A stretch of DNA of 64,000 nt from Acidobacteriaceae bacterium (GCA_003134855.1 PLCS01000002.1:2658-66657); one strand, 5' to 3'; positions 18,635 through 29,493 are shown, numbered from the stretch's first letter. The notes: generated from the letters alone by a model not told the origin. A program made the numbers and translations.

Positions 18635-21600
18635 GCCTGAGTCCTTCCCGGCCATTCATTCTGCGCCCGGTAGCGACCTCGCTGCTGATGGCGGCGATTC
18701 TGCTGGCTGGCTTCGTGGGCTACGAGCAGTTGCCGGTCTCCGCCCTGCCCGAGGTGGATTACCCGATCATCCAGGTGCTCACCTTCTATCCCGGCGCCGG
18801 GCCGGAGGTGATGGCCTCGTCGGTGACCGCGCCACTGGAGCGGCAGTTCGGGCAGATGCCGGGACTGAAGCAGATGACCTCGGTCAGCAGCGGCGGCGGC
18901 TCGGTCATTACGCTGGAGTTTAATCTCGACGAGAACATCGACGTGGCCGAGCAGGAGGTGCAGGCGGCCATCAACGCGGGCAACAGCTTTTTGCCCGCCG
19001 ACCTGCCCAACCCGCCGATCTACAGCAAGGTGAACCCGGCCGACGCGCCGATCATGACGCTGGCGCTGACGTCGAATTCTCTGCCGCTGGACAAGATTGA
19101 GGACGCGGCCGACACCAACCTGGCGCAGAAGATCTCCCAGGTCACCGGCGTGGGAATGGTTTCCATCGCCGGCGGACAGAAGCCCTCGGTGCGCATCCAG
19201 GCCAATCCGACGCAGTTGGCCGCTTACAACCTGAGCCTGGAGGACCTGCGCGTCGCGCTCGCGGCGGCCAACGTGGATCAGGCCAAGGGCACGCTGAACG
19301 GCAACCGCCAGTCGTACACCATCGGCGCCAACGACCAGTTGCTGGCCAGCAGCGATTACAAGCCGGTGATTGTGGCCTACCGCAACGGGGCCGCGGTGCG
19401 CACCTCCGATGTGGCTACGATTGTCGATGCCGCGGAGAACTCCCAGCAGGCCGCGTGGATGGATCGCCAGCCGGCGGTCATCGTCAACATTCAGCGCCAG
19501 CCTGGCGCCAATATCATCGCCGTGGTGGATCGCATCAAGAAGCTGCTGCCGCAGTTGCAGGCCAGTCTGCCGGCCACCGTGCAGGTGAAGGTGCTCACCG
19601 ACCGCACCGTCACCATTCGCTCCTCGGTGCAGGACGTGGAATTTGAGCTGATGCTCACCGTCGCCCTGGTGGTGATGGTGATCTTCCTCTTTCTGCGCAA
19701 TCTGGCGGCGACGATCATTCCCTCGGTCGCGGTGCCGCTTTCCATTGTGGGCACCTTCGGCGTGATGTACCTGCTGGGTTACTCGCTGAACAACCTGACA
19801 CTGATGGCGCTCACCATCTCCACCGGCTTCGTGGTGGACGACGCCATCGTGATGATCGAGAATATCTCGCGCTTCATTGAAGAAGGGATGAGCCCGATGA
19901 AGGCGGCGCTCAAGGGCAGCGAGCAGATCGGCTTCACCATCATGTCGCTGACGGTTTCGCTGATTGCCGTGCTGATCCCGCTGCTCTTCATGAGCGACGT
20001 GGTGGGCCGGCTCTTCCGCGAGTTCGCCATCACGCTGGCGGTCACCATCCTGGTCTCGGCCTTCGTCTCGCTGACACTGACGCCGATGATGTGCTCGCGC
20101 ATTCTTCAGGACAAGTCGGTCGCCAAACAGACGCGCTTCTACTATTGGTCGGAGAAGGTCTTCAACTCCGTCATCGCCTGGTACGGGCGAACGCTGACGG
20201 TGGTTTTGCGCTATCGCTTCATCACGCTGCTGGTCACCATCGGCACGCTGGTGGGCACGCTGCTGCTCTATGTAGTGATCCCCAAGGGCTTCTTCCCGGT
20301 GCAGGATACGGGCGTGATCCTGGGCATCAGCGAAGCGCCGCAGACGGTCAGCTTCACCTCGATGGCCGAGCGCCAGCAGAAACTTGTGGACGTTGTGCTC
20401 CAGGACCCCGCCGTCGATAACATCTCGTCGTTCATCGGCGTGGACGGAACCAACACCACGCTGAATTCGGGGCGCATCCAAATCACCCTCAAGCCGCTGG
20501 CCGTGCGCAAAATCTCAGCCACCGAGGTGATTCAGCGCTTGCAGCCAAGAATCACCGGCATCGAGGGCATTCAGCTCTTCCTGCAGCCGCTGCAAGATCT
20601 GACGGTGGAAGACCGCGTGAGCCGCACTCAGTTCCAGTACTCGCTCGAAGATCCCGACCAGGTGGAGCTGGCTAAATACACCCGACTGATGGTCAATGAG
20701 CTGGGCAAGGAAGCCGTGGTGACCGACGTGGCCAGCGACCTGCAGGACCAGGGCCTGGGCGCGCAGTTAGTCATTGATCGCGACACCGCGGCGCGTCTGG
20801 GCATCGCGATGGCCGATGTGGACAATACGCTCTACGACGCCTTCGGCCAGCGCCAGGTCTCGACCATCTTCACCCAGCTCAACCAGTATCACGTGGTGAT
20901 GGAGGTGGGACCGAGCTTCCAGACCGATCCGTCGACGCTGAACAATCTTTTCGTCAAGTCGGGCAACGGCACTCAAGTTCCGCTCAGCCAGGTGGCCCAC
21001 TGGGAGCAGACGAAGGCGCAACTGGCCATCGGCCACCAGGGCCAATTCCCGTCCACTGTGGTTAGCTTTAATCTGGCGCCGGGCAAGGCGCTGGGCGATG
21101 CGGTCATCGCCGTCAAGAACGTGGAACAGCGCATCCAGATGCCGGTGTCCATCAACGCCAGTTTCCAGGGTACGGCCGCGGCCTTCCAGACCTCGCTCTC
21201 CAACGAGCCGCTGCTGATTCTGGCCGCGCTGATCACCGTTTACATCGTGCTGGGCGTGCTTTATGAGAGTTACATCCACCCCATCACCATCATCTCCTCG
21301 CTGCCTTCGGCGGGCGTGGGCGCGCTGCTTGCGCTGATGATTACGCACACCGAATTCAGCGTGATTGCGCTGATCGGCATCATTCTGCTGATCGGCATTG
21401 TGCAGAAGAACGCCATCATGATGATCGACTTTGCCTTGCAGGCCGAGCGCGGCGAAGGCAAGACGGCCGAAGCCGCCATCTTCCAGGCCTGCCAGTTGCG
21501 ATTCAGGCCGATTCTGATGACCACCATGGCCGCGATGCTGGGCGGTTTGCCGCTCTGGCTGGGCGGCGGCGTGGGCGCCGAACTGCGCAGGCCGCTGGGC

Positions 21601-21756
21601 ATCACCATCGTCGGAGGATTGATCATGTCGCAAGCGCTCACGCTCTATACCGTGCCGGTCATCTACCTTTACTTCGACAAGCTGGCGCAGCGCATGAAGC
21701 CGCGGGAACTGCGGATCAGCAAGGAACAGCAACCGGAAATAGCTTCTAGCCTCTAG
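18631..21756 (+). CDS. mdtB: MdtB-like RND permease
   Basis: [61 protein letters not shown] overlap with mdtA. Confidence 0.92.
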   Translation: MSLSPSRPFILRPVATSLLMAAILLAGFVGYEQLPVSALPEVDYPIIQVLTFYPGAGPEVMASSVTAPLERQFGQMPGLKQMTSVSSGGGSVITLEFNLDENIDVAEQEVQAAINAGNSFLPADLPNPPIYSKVNPADAPIMTLALTSNSLPLDKIEDAADTNLAQKISQVTGVGMVSIAGGQKPSVRIQANPTQLAAYNLSLEDLRVALAAANVDQAKGTLNGNRQSYTIGANDQLLASSDYKPVIVAYRNGAAVRTSDVATIVDAAENSQQAAWMDRQPAVIVNIQRQPGANIIAVVDRIKKLLPQLQASLPATVQVKVLTDRTVTIRSSVQDVEFELMLTVALVVMVIFLFLRNLAATIIPSVAVPLSIVGTFGVMYLLGYSLNNLTLMALTISTGFVVDDAIVMIENISRFIEEGMSPMKAALKGSEQIGFTIMSLTVSLIAVLIPLLFMSDVVGRLFREFAITLAVTILVSAFVSLTLTPMMCSRILQDKSVAKQTRFYYWSEKVFNSVIAWYGRTLTVVLRYRFITLLVTIGTLVGTLLLYVVIPKGFFPVQDTGVILGISEAPQTVSFTSMAERQQKLVDVVLQDPAVDNISSFIGVDGTNTTLNSGRIQITLKPLAVRKISATEVIQRLQPRITGIEGIQLFLQPLQDLTVEDRVSRTQFQYSLEDPDQVELAKYTRLMVNELGKEAVVTDVASDLQDQGLGAQLVIDRDTAARLGIAMADVDNTLYDAFGQRQVSTIFTQLNQYHVVMEVGPSFQTDPSTLNNLFVKSGNGTQVPLSQVAHWEQTKAQLAIGHQGQFPSTVVSFNLAPGKALGDAVIAVKNVEQRIQMPVSINASFQGTAAAFQTSLSNEPLLILAALITVYIVLGVLYESYIHPITIISSLPSAGVGALLALMITHTEFSVIALIGIILLIGIVQKNAIMMIDFALQAERGEGKTAEAAIFQACQLRFRPILMTTMAAMLGGLPLWLGGGVGAELRRPLGITIVGGLIMSQALTLYTVPVIYLYFDKLAQRMKPRELRISKEQQPEIASSL

Positions 21757-21885
21757 CTCCTAGCTTCTAGCTTTTGGCCAAGAGGCTGCTCAACAGTACC
21801 GGGGATTTGGAACGATGTGCAGGCGGAAGAGCCTGTTGAAACATGGGTTTTTAGCTAGCAGCTAGAAGCTAGGAGCTAGAGGCTA
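21747..21885. repeat. 26-bp perfect inverted repeat built from 7-bp tandem units, around an 87-bp spacer
   Basis: TAGCCTCTAGCTCCTAGCTTCTAGCT (21747-72) / AGCTAGAAGCTAGGAGCTAGAGGCTA (21860-85). Confidence 0.9.
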
Positions 21886-21889
21886 AAAG

Positions 21890-24800
21890 ATGCATCTCTC
21901 TGCACCATTCATTCAGCGCCCGGTAGCCACTTCGCTGCTCAGCCTGGCTCTTTTGCTGGCTGGCTCGGTGGCCTACTCGCTGCTGCCCGTGGCTTCGCTG
22001 CCCAATGTCGATATGCCGGTCATTGGTGTGAGCGCGGGTATGCCCGGCGCCAGTCCGGAGACGATGGCCTCGGCCGTCGCCACGCCGCTGGAGCGCCAGT
22101 TCGGGCGCATCGCCGGCGTGAATCAGATGACCTCGTCGAGTTCGCTGGGCTCGGCTTCGGTCGCCATGCAATTCGACATCAACAAAAACATCGACGCCGC
22201 CGCGCGCGACGTGCAGGCCTCGATCAATGCGGCGCGCAGCCAGTTGCCATCCTACCTTCCGCAGAATCCCAGCTACCGCAAGGCCAATCCCGCCGAAGCG
22301 CCAATCCTGATTCTCACGCTGACCTCGGATGTGATCCCCAAGGTGCAGGTCTATGACAAGGCCAACTCGATTCTGGCGCAAAAGATTTCACAGATTCAGG
22401 GCGTGGGCCAGGTCTTCGTCGGCGGCAGCTCCAGCCCTTCGGTCCGCGTCGAATTGAACCCGATGCAGTTGGGCGCGAATGGCGTGGGCCTGGAAGCAGT
22501 GCGGCAGGCGCTGGCCGGCGCCAACGCCAACCGCCCCAAAGGAGCCTTTCAGGACGCGAGCCATCGCTGGCAGATCAGCGATAACGATCAAATCTTCAAG
22601 GCCAGCGACTATGCGCCGATCATTGCCGGCTATAACAAACAGACTGGTGCGCCGGTGCGCATCGCTGATCTGGGCACGGTGACCGATAGCGTGGCTGACA
22701 TTCGCAACGCCGGCGTGAGCGGCATCAACACCTCCAGCGGCCCCGGCCAGTTGAAAGACGCCATTCTGATCATCGTCTTCAAGATTCCCGGTGCCAACGT
22801 GATCTCTACCGTGGATAGCGTGATGGCTGAGATGCCGCGCCTGCAGGCCGCCATTCCGCCCACCATCAAGATCGACGTGGCCGTGGACCGCACCACCACC
22901 ATCCGCTCCAGCGTGCACGATGTGGAGATTTCGCTGTGCATCAGCGTTTTGCTGGTGGTTCTAGTGGTCTTTCTGTTTCTGCGCGAGGTCTGGTCTACCA
23001 TTATCCCGTCGATAGCCGTGCCTCTCTCGCTTGTTGGCACCTTCGGCATGATGTACCTGCTGGGCTATACCATCGACAACCTCTCGCTGATGGCGCTGAC
23101 CATCGCCACCGGCTTCGTGGTGGACGACGCCATCGTGGTGATCGAGAACATCACGCGCTACCTCGAAATGGGGATGAAGCCCTACGAAGCGGCGATGAAA
23201 GGCTCCAGGGAGATCGGCTTCACGGTGCTCTCCATGAGTTTGTCCTTGATCGCCGTCTTCACTCCGATTCTTCTGATGGGCGGCATCGTCGGCAAGCTCT
23301 TCCGCGAGTTCGCCGTGACGCTCAGCGTGGCCATCGCCGTCTCGCTGCTGGTCTCGCTGACCGCCACCCCGATGCTCTGCGCCAGGTTTCTCAAGTCGCG
23401 CGACGAGAGCCGCCACGGTCCTGTCTATCGCGCCAGCGAGCGCGCGTTCAATTGGCTGCACAACGAGTACGCCGCCGGCCTGCGCTGGGTCTTGCGCCAT
23501 CAGTTTTTGATCTTGTGCGTTGTGATTGGCACCATCGGACTCAATGTCTACCTCTTCACGATTGTGCCCTTCGGCTTTTTCCCGCAGCAGGACACGGGCC
23601 GCATGGGCGGCCGCACCCGCGCCGCGCAGGACATCAGCTTCGACGCGATGAAGGTGAAGCAGCACGATCTTGCGCAGATGGTGCTGGACGATCCGGCGAT
23701 TCTTTCGGTCACTGCTTTTGTCGGCGGCGGCGGACCGGGCGGCGGCAGTTCCAACGTGGGCAATATGTTCATCTCTCTCAAGCCGCTCAATCAACGGCCA
23801 GGGCGCGTCTCCGCCGACCAGGTGGTCAACCGCCTGCGCGGCAAGCTGACCAGCGTTCCCGGCGCGGCGCTGATCCTCCAGGTGCAGCAGGAGTTCCAGA
23901 TCGGCGGGCGCGGCTCCGACGCGCAATATCAGTACACGCTCTCGGACGAGAATCTGAACGAGTTGAACACCTGGGCGCCGCAACTGCTGACCCGCATGAG
24001 AACCATGCCCGAACTGCGCGATGTCTCCACCGACCAGCAGATTCAGGGGCTGGCCGCCAACCTAGTCATCGACCGCGACATGGCCTCGCGCCTGGGCATC
24101 AGCACAGCCGTCATCGACCAGGTGCTCTACGACGCCTTCGGCCAGCGTGAAGTCTCTACCATGTACACCGCTCTGAATCAGTATTTCGTGGTGATGGAGG
24201 TCGATCCCAGGTTTCAGCTCAGCCCTGACGCGCTCAACGGCATCTTCGTCAAGTCATCCACCGGCGCCATGGTTCCGCTTTCCACCATCTCTCACTTTAC
24301 GCAGCAACGGACCGCTCTCCAGGTCAACCATCAGGGCCAGTATCCGGCCATCACGCTCAGCTTCAATCTGGCGCCCAATGTGGCTCTGGGCGACGCCGTC
24401 ACCGCGCTGGAAAAAGCTCAGCGCGAGATGGGAATGCCCTCGACGGTTCACCCCACCTTCCAGGGAACCGCGCAAGCCTTCCAGGATTCGAAGAACAATA
24501 TGCCCTGGCTGATTTTGGCCGCGCTGACCGCGGTCTACATCGTCCTCGGCATCCTCTACGAAAGCTTCATCCATCCGCTGACGATTCTCTCCACCATTCC
24601 TCCGGCCGGCGTGGGAGCGGTTCTGGCTTTGATGCTGACCGGAACAGACCTGAGCGTTATCGCACTGATCGGCATCATTCTGCTGATCGGCATCGTGAAA
24701 AAGAACGCCATCATGATGATCGACTTTGCCTTGCAGGCCGAGCGCGAGCAGGGATTGCCGCCGGTCGAAGCGATTTATCAGGCCTGCCTGTTGCGCTTCC

Positions 24801-25042
24801 GCCCCATCATGATGACCACCATGGCCGCGCTCTTCGGCGGATTGCCGCTGGCCATCGGCATGGGCGTGGGCTCGGAGCTGCGCAAGCCGCTGGGCATCAC
24901 CATCGTCGGCGGACTGATTGTCTCGCAGATGCTGACGCTGTTCACTACCCCTGTCGTATACCTCTTCTTCGACCGCCTGCAATGGCGGGTAATGAAGCTG
25001 CACAGGATAGGCACGGAACTGGAAGATGCGCCGGGGGACTGA
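21890..25042 (+). CDS. mdtC: MdtC-like RND permease
   Basis: [48 protein letters not shown]; second permease paralog after mdtB. Confidence 0.92.
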   Translation: MHLSAPFIQRPVATSLLSLALLLAGSVAYSLLPVASLPNVDMPVIGVSAGMPGASPETMASAVATPLERQFGRIAGVNQMTSSSSLGSASVAMQFDINKNIDAAARDVQASINAARSQLPSYLPQNPSYRKANPAEAPILILTLTSDVIPKVQVYDKANSILAQKISQIQGVGQVFVGGSSSPSVRVELNPMQLGANGVGLEAVRQALAGANANRPKGAFQDASHRWQISDNDQIFKASDYAPIIAGYNKQTGAPVRIADLGTVTDSVADIRNAGVSGINTSSGPGQLKDAILIIVFKIPGANVISTVDSVMAEMPRLQAAIPPTIKIDVAVDRTTTIRSSVHDVEISLCISVLLVVLVVFLFLREVWSTIIPSIAVPLSLVGTFGMMYLLGYTIDNLSLMALTIATGFVVDDAIVVIENITRYLEMGMKPYEAAMKGSREIGFTVLSMSLSLIAVFTPILLMGGIVGKLFREFAVTLSVAIAVSLLVSLTATPMLCARFLKSRDESRHGPVYRASERAFNWLHNEYAAGLRWVLRHQFLILCVVIGTIGLNVYLFTIVPFGFFPQQDTGRMGGRTRAAQDISFDAMKVKQHDLAQMVLDDPAILSVTAFVGGGGPGGGSSNVGNMFISLKPLNQRPGRVSADQVVNRLRGKLTSVPGAALILQVQQEFQIGGRGSDAQYQYTLSDENLNELNTWAPQLLTRMRTMPELRDVSTDQQIQGLAANLVIDRDMASRLGISTAVIDQVLYDAFGQREVSTMYTALNQYFVVMEVDPRFQLSPDALNGIFVKSSTGAMVPLSTISHFTQQRTALQVNHQGQYPAITLSFNLAPNVALGDAVTALEKAQREMGMPSTVHPTFQGTAQAFQDSKNNMPWLILAALTAVYIVLGILYESFIHPLTILSTIPPAGVGAVLALMLTGTDLSVIALIGIILLIGIVKKNAIMMIDFALQAEREQGLPPVEAIYQACLLRFRPIMMTTMAALFGGLPLAIGMGVGSELRKPLGITIVGGLIVSQMLTLFTTPVVYLFFDRLQWRVMKLHRIGTELEDAPGD

Positions 25043-25046
25043 AAGA

Positions 25047-25078
25047 AGCTGCCAGCTTTTAGCTGTTAGCTCTTAGCT
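25047..25078 (+). repeat. Heptamer tandem repeat (AGCT every 7 bp, 5 units)
   Basis: AGCT at 25047, 25054, 25061, 25068 and 25075, just after the mdtC stop. Confidence 0.8.
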
Positions 25079-25131
25079 TTGTTCATGGATGGAAGATTGT
25101 GCCGTAGAATCACGAAGAGAAAGGCAAAACA

Positions 25132-25440
25132 ATGTCAAGAAAAGAGGCCGTACTCCTGGTCAGCCGCGCATTGGCGATACTTCAATTGATCTTCGCATTG
25201 ATGGAGCTTACCTACCTTCCCATCCGTTTGATATCACTGAATCATCACACAACTCGCGTCGACGTATTAGGGCCTTCAGGATATGACGATTTCTGGAATG
25301 GTTATTATCGTGTGGACATTGGCTTCATGTTTGCGAGAATCGTAATCTATTTGGTTTTCGCTTTCGTCTTCTGGAACTGCGGACCTTGGATTGAACGCGT
25401 TCTTTTGCCCAAACGAGAGATTCACGATCGGGCAGACTGA
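25132..25440 (+). CDS. Small two-TM hypothetical membrane protein
   Basis: 102 aa, two hydrophobic stretches, AAGG upstream, more AT-rich than its neighbours. Confidence 0.7.
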   Translation: MSRKEAVLLVSRALAILQLIFALMELTYLPIRLISLNHHTTRVDVLGPSGYDDFWNGYYRVDIGFMFARIVIYLVFAFVFWNCGPWIERVLLPKREIHDRAD

Positions 25441-25456
25441 TCCTTATACATCGAAT

Positions 25457-25554
25457 CCCACCCTAGCGACAAAGACAAGAACGTCGCGAGGGTGGGGCAC
25501 CGAGCTTCATGGTCTCCCACCCTTCGAGCACAGAACGCACGAAGGATGGGGCAC
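25457..25554 (-). repeat. Two tandem REP-like hairpins (25457-25500, 25516-25554)
   Basis: Both read GTGC-CCCA(C/T)CCT...AGGGTGGG on the minus strand, with variable inner stems. Confidence 0.85.
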
Positions 25555-25594
25555 GGAGCATTTACGGGAGGGTCAAAAAACCGCACTGAGCCGT

Positions 25595-25615
25595 CTATTC
25601 CCTATTCCCTACTCT
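25595..25615 (+). repeat. Heptamer repeat CTATTCC-CTATTCC-CTACTCT abutting the glgP stop
   Basis: Directly visible. Confidence 0.6.
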
Positions 25616-27387
25616 CAAGCCCCTTCAGCCCGCGGCGGCTTCTTCCAGCTCTTGACACTCTCGATCAGCTTCACCGGGTAGTAGGCGTTGCGGGTGTACT
25701 GCCGGGCCATGCGGTTGGTACTGAAATAGGAGCCGTTGAAGGCCACCGTGGTGCGCATCAGACCGGCCCACTTCTCCGGCGCATCCAGGTAGAGCGGCAC
25801 CACCGCTGTCTCCAGCTTCTTGTAAAGCGAGTTGGCCTCCTCGGCGTCGCTGGCGCCGTCTTCGATGGCCCAGCCGGTGAAGCCCTCGATGCAGCCCTCG
25901 ATCCACCAGCCATCCAGAATCGACAGGCTGGGAATGCCGTTGAGCGCGGCCTTCATGCCGCTGGTGCCCGAGGCCTCATAGGGCCGGCGCGGCGTGTTCA
26001 CCCACACATCCACGCCGGCGGTTATCAATGCGCCCAGATCCCAGTCGTAGTTTTCCAGATAAACGATGCGCAGCATATCGTTCGAGAGCCGGGCGGCATC
26101 GGCGACGACCTGCTGGATCAGCGCCTTGCCGGGCTCGTCCTGAGGATGGGCCTTGCCGGCGTATAGAATCTGCAAGCCGCCGGCCTTAGTGGCAATCTCA
26201 AGCAGGCGCCTGGGATCGGCAAACAAAAGCGTCGCCCGTTTATAGGTGGCGGCGCGGCGGGCAAAGCCCAGTGTGAGCACCTTGGGATCGAGTGCTTGAT
26301 GAGTTCGCCGGGCCACTTCGGCGAGCAACGCTTCCTTGTTCGAGGCATGAGCCGCAAGTATATCCTGCACGGGCAGGTCGATGGCGTTGCGCAGATAAAG
26401 AGTGTCGCGCCGCCACGAGGAGATGTGCGCATCCAGCATCTGCTGGAAGGTATCGGAGACCCAGGTGGGCGCATGCACGCCGTTGGTGATCGAATCAATG
26501 GGAAACTCCGGAAACATCTCGCGGGAAATTTTTGCGTGTTGCAGGGCCACGCCGTTGGCATAGCGCGAGAAGCGCAGCGCCAGCAGCGTCATGTTCAGCA
26601 TTCCGTCGCGAAAACAGCCCAGCGTTTCCAGGCGCGCCGTGCGGTCGCCGCCCAGGATGCGAATGGCCTGCTCGGTGTAGAAGCGATCGTGGCCGGCCGG
26701 AACCGGTGTATGCGTGGTGAAGACGCACTTCTTGCGCACCTGCTCCATGTCGGTTTCCGTGGCCGCGCCCAGTGGTCCGCCGCCTAACTGGCTCTCCAGC
26801 AGCGCCAGCGTCAGCAGCGCGGCGTGGCCCTCGTTCATGTGGTAGACGTTGACCCGGTGGCCCAGGGCGCTGGCCATGCGCGCGCCGCCCATACCTAGCA
26901 CAATCTCCTGCTGCAAGCGGTAGTTGGTGTCGCCGCCATAGAGGTGATCGGTGAGGCCGCGATCCCAGCCCGAGTTGCCCTCCAGGTCGGAGTCCAGCAG
27001 GTAGATCGGCACCACGTGGCCGTAGCGGCCTACCAGGTCATAGCGCCAACAGCGCACCGTCACCGTTCTGCCTTCCACGGAAACGGTAACCCGCGCCTTC
27101 TCTTCGGCGCAAAAGTCGGATGGATTCCACGGCTGGATATCCTCAGTCTGAATGCCGGAGGCGTCCAGATGCTGCTGGAAGTAGCCCTTGCGATGAACCA
27201 GCGAGAAGGCCACCAGAGGAACGCCCAGGTCGGCCATGGAGCGCAGCGTGTCGCCGGCAAGAACCCCCAGCCCGCCGGAGTAGGTGGGCATTCCGGGGTT
27301 GATGGCGATCTCCATCGAGAAGTACGCCACCACGCCGGAGATGGGAAAAGTTTCGTAAGAAAATGGCTTGGAGGATGTTGGCTGCAT
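25615..27387 (-). CDS. glgP: Alpha-glucan (glycogen/maltodextrin) phosphorylase, compact form
   Basis: [67 protein letters not shown] (PLP Lys). GGAGG SD before ATG 27387. Confidence 0.93.
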   Translation of the reverse strand: MQPTSSKPFSYETFPISGVVAYFSMEIAINPGMPTYSGGLGVLAGDTLRSMADLGVPLVAFSLVHRKGYFQQHLDASGIQTEDIQPWNPSDFCAEEKARVTVSVEGRTVTVRCWRYDLVGRYGHVVPIYLLDSDLEGNSGWDRGLTDHLYGGDTNYRLQQEIVLGMGGARMASALGHRVNVYHMNEGHAALLTLALLESQLGGGPLGAATETDMEQVRKKCVFTTHTPVPAGHDRFYTEQAIRILGGDRTARLETLGCFRDGMLNMTLLALRFSRYANGVALQHAKISREMFPEFPIDSITNGVHAPTWVSDTFQQMLDAHISSWRRDTLYLRNAIDLPVQDILAAHASNKEALLAEVARRTHQALDPKVLTLGFARRAATYKRATLLFADPRRLLEIATKAGGLQILYAGKAHPQDEPGKALIQQVVADAARLSNDMLRIVYLENYDWDLGALITAGVDVWVNTPRRPYEASGTSGMKAALNGIPSLSILDGWWIEGCIEGFTGWAIEDGASDAEEANSLYKKLETAVVPLYLDAPEKWAGLMRTTVAFNGSYFSTNRMARQYTRNAYYPVKLIESVKSWKKPPRAEGA

Positions 27388-27711
27388 ACTTGTCGTGCCT
27401 CCACGGCGCTCCCTGGCAGCAAAGCGACGCACTGGGAAAAAAAAATCTAATGCGATAGGCCGGGAGTGGCGATCTCGCCCGGTCGTTATCGGGATGAACT
27501 TTATCCGATTTTAGCAAGAAACGCCGCTGAGGACCCTCAGAGGACGGCGGATTGTTCCGCGATGGGCCAATCTGGATACGGATCTCTGAGGCCGGAAGAT
27601 GTGAAAGCCGTCCGTGGGCGCCATTCGATTGAGGTTAGAGGTTGCCCACCCTGACTTTTCATCTTCTGGACCTGCGCCACCCGGCGGCCTGACGGTTGAG
27701 GTTCCTGGTAA

Positions 27712-27746
27712 CCCGTCCTTCGCAAAATACGCGAAGGACGGGGCAC
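27712..27746 (-). repeat. REP-like hairpin
   Basis: CCCGTCCTTCGC-AAAATAC-GCGAAGGACGGG-GCAC, perfect 12-bp stem. Confidence 0.85.
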
Positions 27747-27811
27747 CCGGCTTTATGGATTGTCAAACCAGGACCACCCGCCCCGCCTATCGAAAGTTTT
27801 TTACAACAGGC

Positions 27812-27841
27812 TGAAACGATTCCGGGAGGCCGGGCACTATC
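27812..27841 (+). promoter_or_regulatory. Putative ECF promoter TGAAACGATT-N13-CACTATC (copy 1)
   Basis: Identical conserved boxes and spacing to 30122-30151; 76 bp upstream of ATG 27918. Confidence 0.75.
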
Positions 27842-27917
27842 CCTTGTGCGGCGATTCGGGGTTCCGGACTGACGAACGCAAGACGTGAACAGGTTACACA
27901 AACCAAGAGGTAGATTG

Positions 27918-28772
27918 ATGGCTTCCCCAGACAATACGTGCGTGGTTTCGATCCATTCCGCGGCCCTGGACTCGATCTCCCGGGCCAGGCGGAATCCGGA
28001 GCTGGACGGCAGCGACGATCACACCTTCCGGGCGGCCATCACCAACTACTTCGAAAAGCTAGCCGACAGCGGACTCAAGCCGAAGCAGTTGACTCCCGCG
28101 GAGCTGCATGAACTCTACGACGGCACCACGGTGCCGCAACATCGCTACCTGGCTCCTTCCCTGACGGCGGCCGTCCACTCGCCAGTGATTGCGCTGGACC
28201 CGGCGAAATGGTTTGCCGGCATCGAGGACGTCGATCTCTCCAGCGTGGCGGCAGCCTGGCTGAACACCAACAGTAATACCGAGTACGAACAGTTGAAGCG
28301 CATCGAGCTTGACCCGGATGCAGGCCAGTTGACCGCCGTGCTGACGGTGAAGCAGAGCATCGGTTATTGCGGTGGGCACATGACGGCGGGAAGCCGGGAG
28401 TTTATTGCCTTTTGGGTTGACTGGGGTTCGGGATTCCAGTACGTGGGAACAACCTCGGCTGCGGTGCATGACTCCGGCCGCCTTCCAGTAACCGGTCAGG
28501 AAACCAGCGTAGTCCTGCCGATTCATCTATCCAGGCAGACAGAGAACGAAGGCGCAAAGACGGTCAAGGTGAGGGCGGTACTTTCGTGGAATACGCCGCC
28601 TTCGACTACGAATCCCAACGCACCGGTGGTATGGGGAGAGAGCCTGGATTGCACGATCTTGATTTCTGGCGGCCAAAAGGTTGCCGTACCGACATGGAGG
28701 AGCGTGGCGCCGCACTCTCTCTGGTTCTCCATGAGCGCGCCAGCGTTAACCGCAGCGCCCTATCCGGCTTGA
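27918..28772 (+). CDS. Hypothetical beta-rich protein
   Basis: 284 aa ORF, SD AGAGGT; GYCGG..AGSREFIAFWVDWG and VRAVLSWNTPP..NP...WG segments look conserved; no signal peptide. Confidence 0.75.
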   Translation: MASPDNTCVVSIHSAALDSISRARRNPELDGSDDHTFRAAITNYFEKLADSGLKPKQLTPAELHELYDGTTVPQHRYLAPSLTAAVHSPVIALDPAKWFAGIEDVDLSSVAAAWLNTNSNTEYEQLKRIELDPDAGQLTAVLTVKQSIGYCGGHMTAGSREFIAFWVDWGSGFQYVGTTSAAVHDSGRLPVTGQETSVVLPIHLSRQTENEGAKTVKVRAVLSWNTPPSTTNPNAPVVWGESLDCTILISGGQKVAVPTWRSVAPHSLWFSMSAPALTAAPYPA

Positions 28773-28902
28773 ATCGCACGCCGTCTGGCTTTTTCCTGCA
28801 AGCGATGAGTGAGCAGGATTGGCTGGCTTCCCCCAGAAGCAGACGGATCTCGTTTTTCGAAGCGGGTTCCGTCTGCAGCCACCAAAGAAGGAGGTTTTCG
28901 AA

Positions 28903-29256
28903 ATGATCAATGTCAATTATGTCTGGTGTTTTGCTTTGTGCGCGCTTGCTGTCTGGCGGGTTGCTCATCTGCTGGCCGGGGAGAACGGTCCCTGGGATTT
29001 GGTCCGGCGTCTGCGCGCCACTCTTGGCTATGGCATGTTGGGCCGCATGATGGATTGCTTCTACTGCATGAGCTTCCTGATCGCGCTGCCCCCGGCGATC
29101 TGGATGAGCAACAGCTGGATCGGATTTTTCATCCAGTGGATGGCGCTCTCGGCGATGGCGTGCCTGCTGGAAATGGCGTCGCAGAGAAAGCAGATGCACG
29201 TCCGCGTTAAACCCGTTTCCACATCCTATTTGAATAAGGTCATCAACGGAGTGTAA
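28903..29256 (+). CDS. DUF1360-like membrane protein
   Basis: LAVWRVAHLLAGENGPWDLVRRLR...MDCFYCMS (CxxC); strong SD AAGGAGG. Confidence 0.75.
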   Translation: MINVNYVWCFALCALAVWRVAHLLAGENGPWDLVRRLRATLGYGMLGRMMDCFYCMSFLIALPPAIWMSNSWIGFFIQWMALSAMACLLEMASQRKQMHVRVKPVSTSYLNKVINGV

Positions 29257-29260
29257 GGCG

Positions 29261-29431
29261 ATGAGGCAAAAAGCACGGACATCCCAGACGAACTTATGGG
29301 CGACGGAAGACTACGGGCAATGGGGAGGGCCGCCGGCTTTGCCCGGCAGGCCGTCGAAGTCTGGCAGCCCTGTAAGATCGCCCTGGTTGTACGTCTCCTT
29401 GCCTTTGCTGGTGTGGCTGCTCCTGTTGTGA
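29261..29431 (+). CDS. Possible 56-aa tail-anchored small protein
   Basis: Hand translation MRQKARTSQTNLWATEDYGQWGGPPALPGRPSKSGSPVRSPWLYVSLPLLVWLLLL; ATG 4 nt after the upstream stop, AAGG SD. Confidence 0.4.
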   Translation: MRQKARTSQTNLWATEDYGQWGGPPALPGRPSKSGSPVRSPWLYVSLPLLVWLLLL

Positions 29432-29493
29432 AGCGGTTGCTGCGCCGGCTCTCGCCAGGGAGCAAGAATTTCATGCAAAAGAAACCTCTGCAA

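Noticed and set aside
21741-25615. Short periodic repeats and REP pairs as a CRISPR array
   Set aside because: No constant 23-47 bp repeats with unique spacers, and no cas genes.
28586-28906. ORF ending in an ATGA overlap with the DUF1360-like gene (possible start 28694)
   Set aside because: Overlaps the 27918 gene by at least 79 nt, has a weak SD and no recognisable motif. It could be real but is unsupported.
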